From: Wickerhamiella versatilis
Lineage: Eukaryota
Direction: 5' to 3'
Assembly: GCA_030867685.1 (NCBI GenBank)
Contig: JAQOWU010000008.1
Span: 2,480,001-2,544,000, forward strand
Length of the DNA: 64,000 nucleotides
Part shown: piece after piece, positions 43,407 to 53,557 of the stretch
How the letters are laid out: each line of letters starts with the position of its first letter
Position numbering within the stretch: the stretch's first letter is position 1
Program-made: the position numbers and the translations under genes
Notes under the pieces: model-generated
What the model was told of the DNA's origin: nothing
Database searches by the model: none
What the model saw: the letters and a program-made list of their open reading frames with translations, nothing else

Positions 43407-45125
43407 TCATAGTCTGCGAATTCTGTCAGGGACTGGAGTTTGTGGTTGACTCCGAGTACCCGAGAAGGTGGGTTTCAACGGCGAGGGGCGGACTCTAGAT
43501 GGCGGATCGTACTGACCTGGCATGGCAATAGCCCGCCATTGTCCGATACGTAGGCGCATTTGAGCTCGCTCATCCCGCTTCCGCATGGAACGAGCTCGTT
43601 GGTCGCTTAGCCTGACTGTTAACCATTTATTCCACCAACTACGAAGCATCCAATATTTCCGTTCCAAATTTGAATCTTCGACCATCTCAATAGCTCGGGA
43701 AATACCCATTTCTACTTCCCGATAGCGCTGGAGCCATTCATGCAACCAAAAACGGAGGTGCATACTCTCCAATGATCTTTGAGACTTCTCGCGCAAAGTA
43801 CGCATATTAGCCTCCCACGAGAGTAAATGGCGTACGACCAAAATGCGAATGACATCTTTTTCTAGAGATTGACAATATAACATTTCCTCCCTCCACCTAT
43901 CCAAATAATAAAATCGAAGGTTTCGAATCATTGTAGAATTACACTGGTTGAAGTATGTCTCTAAACGTGACTCCTGTTCAATGTTGGTCAGATGAAGCCA
44001 CTCAACAAGAAATTTCCGGAGTAAAGAACTGCAGAATATATTAATAGCCAGCGAATCTGCAACTTGTGCATCTCTATAAACCGAAAGCACCTGATTTAGA
44101 GAAGTTTTTCTGACAAAATGATCTACTCGACTGTCACTTTCATCAAGCTCAAGCATAATTCGATGCCATTTTCGGAAAAAAGTTAGCTTGAGGTAAATGT
44201 GAGAAGCATCCTCAAGTTCCAGAACTCGAGATTTCTCTTCAATGCCTCTTCTTTTCCACAAGGTTAGAATCAAATAAGTGGTTCTTCCTGCGACTCGCTT
44301 GTTCAACAGAGCGAATTTCATCGCATCCTGCCACTCTGCGAGAAATAATCGAGAAGAACCAATTCTGAGGGCATTAAGGTGCATACGACGACGCCAATCT
44401 CGAAGAAATAGCCTGATATAGACATGAGAAGGCTTCGGAAATCTTTCCAGATCAATTAATACACGGGAAAAATGCGAAAATGTCATCTTAATCATGATAT
44501 GTGAACTCTCAACCTCTTTGTGACGGTCGCAGCAAAGGGAGGCCCACCATTTGGAAATTAGGTTCTTCTTCAAAATCAGACAACTAGATCTTTCCCTCAT
44601 GTGATTGATATTTAAATATTCTGACATCTTCCTCAGGCAAACGCGTTTCGTATTCATATCTAGGGACCTCTCAAGTGCTGTTTCCTGGCGAGCAAGTTCT
44701 TTTGTGTTAAAGTGCCAAATACGCATACAATCCTTCGCCGATGTGGACAGTAAAAAATGTTTGTAGTTTATATCGAGTTTTTGTGTTTTTTTGTAGGCAG
44801 CAAACCAGATCCGCAGGAACCTTGCACATCTTCGACGCACCACGAATACGAGTTTTTCTGCATCTTCTTCGGGTGACCTGGGAAATGGTATTGGTACGCA
44901 CGTTTTGCGAAGGAGTTCGAGACGCTGGCACCACGAATCACCAGGTAAATGACTTACACGGCAAAGAATCTCAAAGAGCTCAGGCTTTAATGGCCCAAGG
45001 CCGAGTTTGCGTAATGAAGAACGCAAGTCCACTATATTAAGAACACGGCTTCCTCCTGGACGATCCAGTAGTGTGGCAACTGCTTGAAGTATATGCCAAT
45101 CATCTCCAACGTCTGTGGTATCCAT
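43407..45125 (-). CDS. SFI1: Spindle pole body half-bridge protein Sfi1-like
   Basis: First ATG at 45125. Periodic Trp-containing helical repeats (FLRIW, FLRDW, FFRKW, FLVEW, YLDRW) typical of centrin-binding Sfi1 repeats. C-terminal SP/TP sites. Confidence 0.7.
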   Translation of the reverse strand: MDTTDVGDDWHILQAVATLLDRPGGSRVLNIVDLRSSLRKLGLGPLKPELFEILCRVSHLPGDSWCQRLELLRKTCVPIPFPRSPEEDAEKLVFVVRRRCARFLRIWFAAYKKTQKLDINYKHFLLSTSAKDCMRIWHFNTKELARQETALERSLDMNTKRVCLRKMSEYLNINHMRERSSCLILKKNLISKWWASLCCDRHKEVESSHIMIKMTFSHFSRVLIDLERFPKPSHVYIRLFLRDWRRRMHLNALRIGSSRLFLAEWQDAMKFALLNKRVAGRTTYLILTLWKRRGIEEKSRVLELEDASHIYLKLTFFRKWHRIMLELDESDSRVDHFVRKTSLNQVLSVYRDAQVADSLAINIFCSSLLRKFLVEWLHLTNIEQESRLETYFNQCNSTMIRNLRFYYLDRWREEMLYCQSLEKDVIRILVVRHLLSWEANMRTLREKSQRSLESMHLRFWLHEWLQRYREVEMGISRAIEMVEDSNLERKYWMLRSWWNKWLTVRLSDQRARSMRKRDERAQMRLRIGQWRAIAMPGQYDPPSRVRPSPLKPTFSGTRSQPQTPVPDRIRRL

Positions 45126-45478
45126 TTCCCATGATGCTGCTGACTTACTGAGCCAGCACGGTTGTTCACGAGATTCCACATTTGATAAGAATAATTCGTC
45201 TGATAAGGCATTGGAAACGCGCTAGGCAGTTTTGTGAGGATCAGATGGGACGCAATGTGTCTTTTTTTCTTTTTCTTGCCTCTCTCTGTCTTTTTGTCCG
45301 AGTTCATGTTTATGCAGAGTCTAACATTCAATGGTTATTTTTTTCCAATCCTAAGAGCGAAGTGAATAAAACAAAACCGGAGAAATACTCTTCCAGCAGG
45401 TTCGTGACTATAGATTTTAGGGATAAGATATCATGAGGTCACTTAAGAGAAACGCGCCTGGGCTTATTATTAACACAA

Positions 45479-46609
45479 ATGGTTCATGATCTTCCTTTGC
45501 ATGCCCATAACAGATCGGTAAGACCTGTACAGGATTTTTTGTCGCGTGACCCAGAACTTACAATATTGAGAAAGCGGGATCCGGCATATACTCCTTCATC
45601 TGAATCAGAACCACCTAGTAAGTACATGCGATCATCTTCTCCACCCCCCATGCTTCCACAGGACGCGTTTTTGCCTCCCAGCTCACCTCCAATGGCAATT
45701 AACGCGGATAATGATTCTAGTACTGATGAAGACGAGGATGATGTACCTGTACGGTCTTCGTCTTTAGCTGCAGCAGTGGCTTCACGATCATTAAGCCAAC
45801 GGCGTACTCGCCCTGCCACTCCAGATGGCGTATTGCGGAGAGTGTTCGACCATGATTTTGATGATACAGTGCGAATCACTGGCAGGATACCGGTTGATCT
45901 CAGTGACTATGGTTTGCAACATGTTCCTGATGAGGTAGCCGATCTGCGGAGCTTTTTTGTGGTTGGCCAAAATCGTGAGATAGCATTCAACTTGAATTTA
46001 GCAAAAAATAATATCCGCAGCTTAACGCCGGTTTTTGATGTGCCCCAGATTGATATTTTGAGTCTCAAAGATAATAAGATAGAAGAGATTCCCCCTGCAA
46101 TAAAGTCGCTACGGAGACTACGAGAGATAACACTGGTAAACAATAAGCTGAAAGCTCTTCCAATTGAGCTTTTGGAACTCCCAGTGGAGGTACTTACTGA
46201 TTTTCCTAATCCGTGGCTAGTGCCACCTCCCAATGCCGTAGCAGCCAGTTGTGATACTCATGCCTTTGCCCACGAATGGAAGCCCCTTCTTGGTGAAGAC
46301 AAACCACCTACGCTATCTGAATGTTGCATGCGAGCTATGATAGGCAACCAATACCTTAAACGCGACTTAGATCGGGGGAGGTTCAAGCTCGGGCTCACAG
46401 TCACAAAAAAACTAAATCAAATGTGGAGTGCTGAATCTGTGGGGCGTGCTTGTTCAAATTGTGGTGCTGGAATTGTACAAGTGACGATACAGTACCGTGA
46501 GTGGTGGTATGTTTGCCATAAAAGAGATATTCCTTTTGCTGCCAATTTCTGTAGCCGATGGTGCGCAAACAGATTTTGCCAAAAGTCTCGTGTTATTCGC
46601 ATTAATTAA
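45479..46609 (+). CDS. LRR protein with BC-box-like motif and C-terminal Cys cluster (LRRC58/LRR1-like architecture)
   Basis: LRRs (LNLAKNNI, LSLKDNKI, ITLVNNKL), then PPTLSECCMRAM and CSNCG...FCSRWC. Confidence 0.8.
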   Translation: MVHDLPLHAHNRSVRPVQDFLSRDPELTILRKRDPAYTPSSESEPPSKYMRSSSPPPMLPQDAFLPPSSPPMAINADNDSSTDEDEDDVPVRSSSLAAAVASRSLSQRRTRPATPDGVLRRVFDHDFDDTVRITGRIPVDLSDYGLQHVPDEVADLRSFFVVGQNREIAFNLNLAKNNIRSLTPVFDVPQIDILSLKDNKIEEIPPAIKSLRRLREITLVNNKLKALPIELLELPVEVLTDFPNPWLVPPPNAVAASCDTHAFAHEWKPLLGEDKPPTLSECCMRAMIGNQYLKRDLDRGRFKLGLTVTKKLNQMWSAESVGRACSNCGAGIVQVTIQYREWWYVCHKRDIPFAANFCSRWCANRFCQKSRVIRIN

Positions 46610-46924
46610 TGACAGCTCTTCTTTATGATCTCATCGATATGAAAGCAGACCTATGCATAGCTGATGAAATGATATGGGATTTATGACCAAGCTAGAATAG
46701 AAAATTGCCATCTAGTTTCCTCTTATTGAACTTACTTTTGTGATCTAAACAAACGGCAAAATGTCCATGTAAACTAAGAATGTAAGAATATAATGCCTGG
46801 AACCATTGTCTTACACTATATTCGACCGAGATTTTCAAATCTAAGTGAATCAACCGAAAGAGGGAGCCAGCTCTGAAGAGGAGTGTTGGAACAAACATTT
46901 GTCCGCTCAATATCCTCGTTGTAC

Positions 46925-47848
46925 TCAGTCATTCAAACTCCTCAGCATCATACGGCGGCGCTCATTCGTAGTCTGCACTCCACGACCAAAGATTGGTAAC
47001 AAGTGTCCTGATAATCTTGCCCCGTATTGCTGGTTGGCTAGATCTATCTGTTCAGGCGTGAGGAAAGGAACAAGATGAAGTCTTACAGCCAAATGATACA
47101 TTCTATCGAGCGGGGTTTCGAGCCAGGTACCCAATGGTTGAGGGAAGAATCGGGCAAACGCGAAGGCATCAGAAGCATCTCCACGTAGCTCCAAACGATT
47201 TGTTAGCTGAGAACTTGAAGCCGCTTCGATATTCTGATAAAATCGCAGAAAGAACCAGCTACCCACGAATCCAATATATGACGGTAGAAGATTCCCAGTT
47301 AGATCCACCGCCCACAATGTGGTTAGAAATATTAAGAAAAGAGAAGGTAGCCATCTCAACTGGAGGCGTATTCGTCCACGCATAAGAATAACAGTATGGC
47401 CCGGTATCAGTTGTTTAAGGGCTACTGTAATACCAGCTATCAGGCCACTAGCACCATATATGCTACAAGAAGTTTTCGTGAGAAGACATAAGAGGAAGCT
47501 CGCAATATTAGGCACCAACAGAAATAAAGTCACAAAAAATAAGTAATGCCTTGTTCTCCAAGCCTTTTCACAGTATCGCCCTCCCGTATCTACCACCACC
47601 AGGACAAGTATGAATGGTATCAGCTGTAGCTCTACAAAGCATGTGGTTATGAGTGTCCAGCAAGCCCATAAAGGTGTCTTACCGGAAACCAATACCAAGT
47701 AGTATGCGTCTAGATTTGGAGGTGCTTGAGGTTGGTCACCTTCATCATTATAGCTTCTTGCAGCACGATAAACACGAAATGCCCTTACAGTAACCGAAAA
47801 AACAACCACTAGCGCCACCAGAAGCCGCGACACTAGCGCTGTTCTCAT
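46925..47848 (-). CDS. TMEM115 / DUF1751 rhomboid-like Golgi membrane protein
   Basis: WTLITTCFVE, GRYCEKAW, VALKQLIP, WFFLRFYQ, RGDASDAFAFARFFP and ERRR..LRSL. Confidence 0.88.
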   Translation of the reverse strand: MRTALVSRLLVALVVVFSVTVRAFRVYRAARSYNDEGDQPQAPPNLDAYYLVLVSGKTPLWACWTLITTCFVELQLIPFILVLVVVDTGGRYCEKAWRTRHYLFFVTLFLLVPNIASFLLCLLTKTSCSIYGASGLIAGITVALKQLIPGHTVILMRGRIRLQLRWLPSLFLIFLTTLWAVDLTGNLLPSYIGFVGSWFFLRFYQNIEAASSSQLTNRLELRGDASDAFAFARFFPQPLGTWLETPLDRMYHLAVRLHLVPFLTPEQIDLANQQYGARLSGHLLPIFGRGVQTTNERRRMMLRSLND

Positions 47849-48361
47849 CGGTTATGGGCTAGGGTATCTATCTTCACGGAACACGCTTAAGCTGTATTTA
47901 GAATACATTTTGGAGTCCACTGGTCCGTCGCTTTGATATATACACAAGGATATCTTCTTAGAAAAACCAAACGTATATTTGTGAAGAGTCTACTTCACTA
48001 TATGCAGCCTACTGGAATTGTCCCCTATCTCCCCCTTTTTCTCCTCTTAACCCGCATGGTGACCGTAAAGTGACTATCCAACGTTGAAAAAAATATTCTG
48101 ATAAGACTATTTCGCATCTTCCATTTGAGCTATATAGGCTCAACACTGGAACTCCAGAACCACTCCATCGATCCAATCATCCTCACATGGCTTCAAACCA
48201 AGGAGAGTTAGCAATTGTACGAATCCTATCGTTTGAGGAGGAAATGGCTTTTATGTCGTAATCAGTTATCTTTATTTTGTATGTCCTTGGCTCACCCCCC
48301 GGGGCCTCCAGTGCGATTAGGTGACTGGGCTAGGTTACCGAAAGGCGGCAAGATACTTGGC

Positions 48362-51300
48362 ATGTGGCACCAATGTCGTGGTCCAATATGGGCTATAGAT
48401 GATGTTGACCCATGTTATCGAGAGTACTATTTTGAAATGTTACCAATAATTGCCGCATTTTCTGTGGCGGTAGTCTACACTGTGTATCAGTTAATTTATC
48501 ATCAGGTATCGCACATAGAGAATCTGTATGGTGATGCTGTAGAGGATATTCCCGAATCGTCTACCCCAGAGGCATATGTTGTTGTTCGCGGGCGTACTAG
48601 GCAAGATAATCTACGCCTGGCTATCGAGTTAGTGCTTGTGGCCAGTAAATTCTGGGTTATTCTAAATGTACCCAATTATTATGCTTCGAAATTACTTTGG
48701 TCTCGTATTTTTCTAAACCTATGGCTATTTCTTCTTGTGTCGGTTAGAATTGCTTATCGCTATTCTCGCACTCCCTTAACCGCCCGCCCATTTGTTCAGT
48801 GTGCATATCTGTACACTGGTTGTCTATTAGTGGATGCTGTCGGATGCTATTCCCAGATAGTGCACCCAGATCCTCTCTCTATGGTTCGGAGTCTGACAGT
48901 CATCTCTTTTCTTCAGTGGATTGTTCTGTTTACGTCTCCATTGGGCGACCATGCTGCAAGATTCTACATGACCGAAGGAAGACACCCAAATGCTGAACCC
49001 ACATGCTCACTTTTGCAGTGGATACTTTGTCTTTGGAATGCGGAAATGCTCGTAGAGGGTACTAAGAAACCACTTCAGATGCACGATGTGTGGGAGCTTC
49101 GGGAACAGGATCATACGTATGCTATAATGAATGAATTTGAAAAAACACCTAAGAAACACGCTTTTGTCTGGCGTTTAATTTACGCCCTTTATAGGCCTTT
49201 CATCCTCAATTTGTTATTTGGTATACCTGGAATGATGTTGGTACTAAGTCCCACTATATTCGTCAATTTGATTTTGAATTACCTAGAGGACAAATCAAAT
49301 ACTCCACGGGCAGTTGCATGGCTATATGTTGTGGGTATTGGTGTCGCCCATACTCTGAAAATCACTTTGAATAACCAAGGGTTGAACGAAGGGCGCCGCT
49401 TCAGTGTTGGATTGCGAGCAATTATAATAGACGAAATATATCACAAGGCTTTATTTCGGCAAGTAAGCGCCCCAAGCCCAGAGGCTGATGAGCAGGAAAA
49501 TGCAGGTGCTGCTGATTTTGACCCAGGAAGTACGGGCGCTGTCCTTAATTTGATGAGTGTCGACGTCTACAAAATATCAGATTTTTGCTCCTACCTTCAT
49601 CATAACATTGGTTCTCCTTTGACGTTAGTATTTGCAGTACTCTTGCTATATCGCGTTTTGAGCTGGTCTGCTTTTGCGGGGGTAGCTGTAATGCTACTGA
49701 GCATGCCATTGAATAGCAGTCTAGCTCGCAAGGTCGCAGATAATCAAACACAATTGATGGTTGTAACTGACAAACGCACAGGTGCAACTAATGAACTAAT
49801 AGGCGCAATTCGCATTATCAAATTCTTTGCGTGGGAGCAATGGTTCTATGATGAGATTTCAAAGGTACGGAGTAAGGAAATGAACCTACTTTATTGGAGA
49901 TATATGTATCTTTCACTTACTACCTTTGTTTTTTTTGTGATTCCAATCCTCATTATCGTTGCAAGTTTTAGCTCCTATGTTCTGCTTGAAGGTAAAGAGC
50001 TCACATCTTCTGTAGCCTTTACAAGTATGACGGTATTTCAGTTGGTTAGGATGCCTTTACTCGAAACTGCAAATATTCTTACGCAGGCTTCCGTATGCCT
50101 TGTATCGGTACGCAGAATTTTGCGTTTCCTCAAGGAACCTGAATCTCCTAAGAGATCACAGCTGGTAACGGATATTTTTGGAAAGTGTGGCTTTGAAGGC
50201 GCAACATTGAGCTGGTCCACCTCTTCATCCTCAGAACAGGACGACACATTCAAACTACGGGACATTGATGTCCTTTTTCCAATGGGAGAACTGAGTGTGG
50301 TAATGGGCCAAACTGGGGCAGGAAAGACGTCTTTTCTTCTTGCCCTTCTTGGCGAGATGCCACTAGAGAGTGGAAAAGTCTTTTTACCTGTGTCTCTGGA
50401 TCGTGATGATGCGCGAATCAACCCGTTGACGGGCCTTAAGAATACGGTAGCTTATTGTCCTCAGCAGCCATGGCTTGTTAATGATACTGTCAGAAGCAAT
50501 ATAATTTTTGCATCACCTTTTGACATCCATCGATATCGTGCGGTTTTAAATGCATGTCAACTAACCAAGGATCTGGATATTTTAAGTGATGGCGACCAAA
50601 CCTTTATTGGAGACAAAGGCATTGCATTGAGTGGCGGACAAAAGCAAAGAGTTTCTCTTGCTCGGGCGCTGTACTCGAGCAGCGAGTTTTTGCTTCTAGA
50701 TGATTGCCTCAGTGCTGTGGATAGCCACACAGCTGAAGCTCTTTATGAGAACGCACTACGGGGAGAGCTGTCTTATGGCCGCACTATTGTACTGGTAAGC
50801 CATAATGTAGCTCTTACTATCAGAGAAGCATCTCAGCTGCTTTTGATGGAGAATGGCCGCGTAGTTGCTCATGGACATCCAGCAGATATGGCAGATCGTG
50901 GCTGGCTTGGCGATGACGAACTTGTGCGCAAGTCTGCAACTGCTTCCAGAGCAGCATCTCGTATGGGCACACCTGTTATGTCGGTTACCGACTTGAAATC
51001 TAAAGGTCCAAACACAAATGTAACGAGTACAATGACAGCTACAAGTGAAGCTCAGGTTGAAGCATTGGATGTAAACTTGAAGCTGGCGGAAGAGGAACAT
51101 GCCAGCGGCAGTGTTGAATTGAAGACGTATACGAGCTATTTGAAGGTGCTAGGTGGTTCAATGTGGCGTTTTATGGCTCTGATTGTGATACTAATGGCCC
51201 CTCTAAGTGTATACTTAACTACCTGGTGGGTAAAACTTTGGTCTTCAAATGCAGAGAGTGATTTAGGAATGTATGCCGCCGTATATGTGTTAATTGGCGT

Positions 51301-52930
51301 AACATCAGCAGGCTTTATTGGTGCTCGAAATGCTATTTATTATACTGGATCTGTGCATGCGTCAAGTAAAATTTTCAGCAGTCTCCTGAAATCTATTCTA
51401 CGAACCAAAATGCGTTTTTTTGATATCACACCGGCGGGTCGTATTATCAATCGGTTCACGAAAGATATCGAAACGATAGACCAACAGCTGATGATCACAT
51501 GCCTCTTTTTCCTTGTGAGCATCATAGACGTTATTACAGTTACGGCAATTATTACTAGCGTCACACCAATTTTCCTTCCAGTTGGTCTCGCAGTTGCATT
51601 ACTATTTCTAGGGGTTGGTTTCCTATATCTAATGACGTCTCGTGAACTTAAGCGGATGGAAGCTACCTCAAGATCTCCCATATTTCAAAACTTTGAGGAA
51701 ACCCTGTCTGGGGCTGTGAGCATTAGAGCCTATGGCGATACAAGACGTTTTCAAACCACCAACATGGATGCCATTGATGATAGTCATCGTCCATATTTTT
51801 ATCTATGGCAGTCAAACCGTTGGTTGGGTTTTACGTGTGGAACAGTTTCGATGGTTGTTTCGGTCGTGGCATCTGCTGCTGTAATAGCTTTTTCTTCCAA
51901 GATTGATGCTGGATCTGCAGGTATTTCCTTGAGCTTTGCCATGACGTTTGGTGATGCTGTATTTTGGGCTGTTCGCTTGTATTCTGAATCGGAAATCGCA
52001 ATGAATTCAATGGAGCGTGTAAATGAATATGTTGAGCTAGAGCAGGAAGCACCGGCTATTATAGAGTCCTCAAGACCACCTGCAGGATGGCCTGATAAGG
52101 GCAAAATTGAATTTCGTGATTTGAGTCTGCGCTATTCTCCAGATTTACCCTTAGTTATAAAAAATGTCTCATTCACCGTTGGCAGTGGCCTAAAAGTTGG
52201 TATTGTTGGTCGTACTGGGGCAGGAAAGTCGACAATAATTACTGCTCTTTTCCGCACTCTTGAATCTACTAGCGGATCTATTATAATCGATGGTGTTGAT
52301 ATAAGCAAAATAGGGCTCTATGACCTTCGCAGGGCTATTTCCATCATTCCTCAGGACCCTACGCTGTTTCAAGGGACTTTGCGTTCGAATCTAGATCTCT
52401 ATGGCGAGTTTGATGATAACGCTATATACAGGGCTTTGGCACATGTCCAGCTAGTTCCAGAGGCAACTACGCTGGAAAATTCCTCAAGACAAACAGGCTT
52501 TGATACAAGCGATGAAAATGTAAATCGGTTCCTCAATTTGGATTTGCAGATTCAAGAAGGTGGCTCCAATCTTAGCCAGGGTCAACGCCAACTCTTATGC
52601 TTGGCGCGATCTATCCTCAAGGAGCCTCGAATTTTACTTCTTGACGAGGCCACAGCATCAATAGACTACAAAACTGATGCTTTGGTACAGCAGACAATTC
52701 GAACTGCGTTTAGTGATGTTACAATCCTTACTATTGCTCATCGCCTTCGTACCATAGCGGACTACGATCGGGTGCTTGTGTTGGAGAAGGGTCGCGTGGC
52801 ACAATTCGGTACACCGGCCGACTTGCTGAAGATACGAGATGGCATATTTTACGGCATGTGTGAGCGTAGCGGTGAGCTTGAAGCCCTTATCAATATTGCC
52901 AATGCAGCTAAAGCGAAATCGGGTTCATAA
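48362..52930 (+). CDS. YBT1: ABCC/MRP-type vacuolar ABC transporter (Ybt1/Vmr1-like)
   Basis: Two NBDs (GQTGAGKT/LSGGQKQR and GRTGAGKS/LSQGQRQ/DEATAS) plus an N-terminal TMD0. Start chosen at MWHQCRGPIWAIDDVDPCY; an alternative in-frame ATG lies at 48281. Confidence 0.9.
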   Translation: MWHQCRGPIWAIDDVDPCYREYYFEMLPIIAAFSVAVVYTVYQLIYHQVSHIENLYGDAVEDIPESSTPEAYVVVRGRTRQDNLRLAIELVLVASKFWVILNVPNYYASKLLWSRIFLNLWLFLLVSVRIAYRYSRTPLTARPFVQCAYLYTGCLLVDAVGCYSQIVHPDPLSMVRSLTVISFLQWIVLFTSPLGDHAARFYMTEGRHPNAEPTCSLLQWILCLWNAEMLVEGTKKPLQMHDVWELREQDHTYAIMNEFEKTPKKHAFVWRLIYALYRPFILNLLFGIPGMMLVLSPTIFVNLILNYLEDKSNTPRAVAWLYVVGIGVAHTLKITLNNQGLNEGRRFSVGLRAIIIDEIYHKALFRQVSAPSPEADEQENAGAADFDPGSTGAVLNLMSVDVYKISDFCSYLHHNIGSPLTLVFAVLLLYRVLSWSAFAGVAVMLLSMPLNSSLARKVADNQTQLMVVTDKRTGATNELIGAIRIIKFFAWEQWFYDEISKVRSKEMNLLYWRYMYLSLTTFVFFVIPILIIVASFSSYVLLEGKELTSSVAFTSMTVFQLVRMPLLETANILTQASVCLVSVRRILRFLKEPESPKRSQLVTDIFGKCGFEGATLSWSTSSSSEQDDTFKLRDIDVLFPMGELSVVMGQTGAGKTSFLLALLGEMPLESGKVFLPVSLDRDDARINPLTGLKNTVAYCPQQPWLVNDTVRSNIIFASPFDIHRYRAVLNACQLTKDLDILSDGDQTFIGDKGIALSGGQKQRVSLARALYSSSEFLLLDDCLSAVDSHTAEALYENALRGELSYGRTIVLVSHNVALTIREASQLLLMENGRVVAHGHPADMADRGWLGDDELVRKSATASRAASRMGTPVMSVTDLKSKGPNTNVTSTMTATSEAQVEALDVNLKLAEEEHASGSVELKTYTSYLKVLGGSMWRFMALIVILMAPLSVYLTTWWVKLWSSNAESDLGMYAAVYVLIGVTSAGFIGARNAIYYTGSVHASSKIFSSLLKSILRTKMRFFDITPAGRIINRFTKDIETIDQQLMITCLFFLVSIIDVITVTAIITSVTPIFLPVGLAVALLFLGVGFLYLMTSRELKRMEATSRSPIFQNFEETLSGAVSIRAYGDTRRFQTTNMDAIDDSHRPYFYLWQSNRWLGFTCGTVSMVVSVVASAAVIAFSSKIDAGSAGISLSFAMTFGDAVFWAVRLYSESEIAMNSMERVNEYVELEQEAPAIIESSRPPAGWPDKGKIEFRDLSLRYSPDLPLVIKNVSFTVGSGLKVGIVGRTGAGKSTIITALFRTLESTSGSIIIDGVDISKIGLYDLRRAISIIPQDPTLFQGTLRSNLDLYGEFDDNAIYRALAHVQLVPEATTLENSSRQTGFDTSDENVNRFLNLDLQIQEGGSNLSQGQRQLLCLARSILKEPRILLLDEATASIDYKTDALVQQTIRTAFSDVTILTIAHRLRTIADYDRVLVLEKGRVAQFGTPADLLKIRDGIFYGMCERSGELEALINIANAAKAKSGS

Positions 52931-52999
52931 CTGCTGATCTAGATAAAGAAGATATTCTAGGCGTAGGCATATGTCAAAATTTAAAATTTCAATGTAAAA

Positions 53000-53506
<507 letters not shown>

Positions 53507-53557
53507 TTAGCGACTAAGACCTGCTGTCAGGATGATCCTAATTAACTAAGCATGCTT

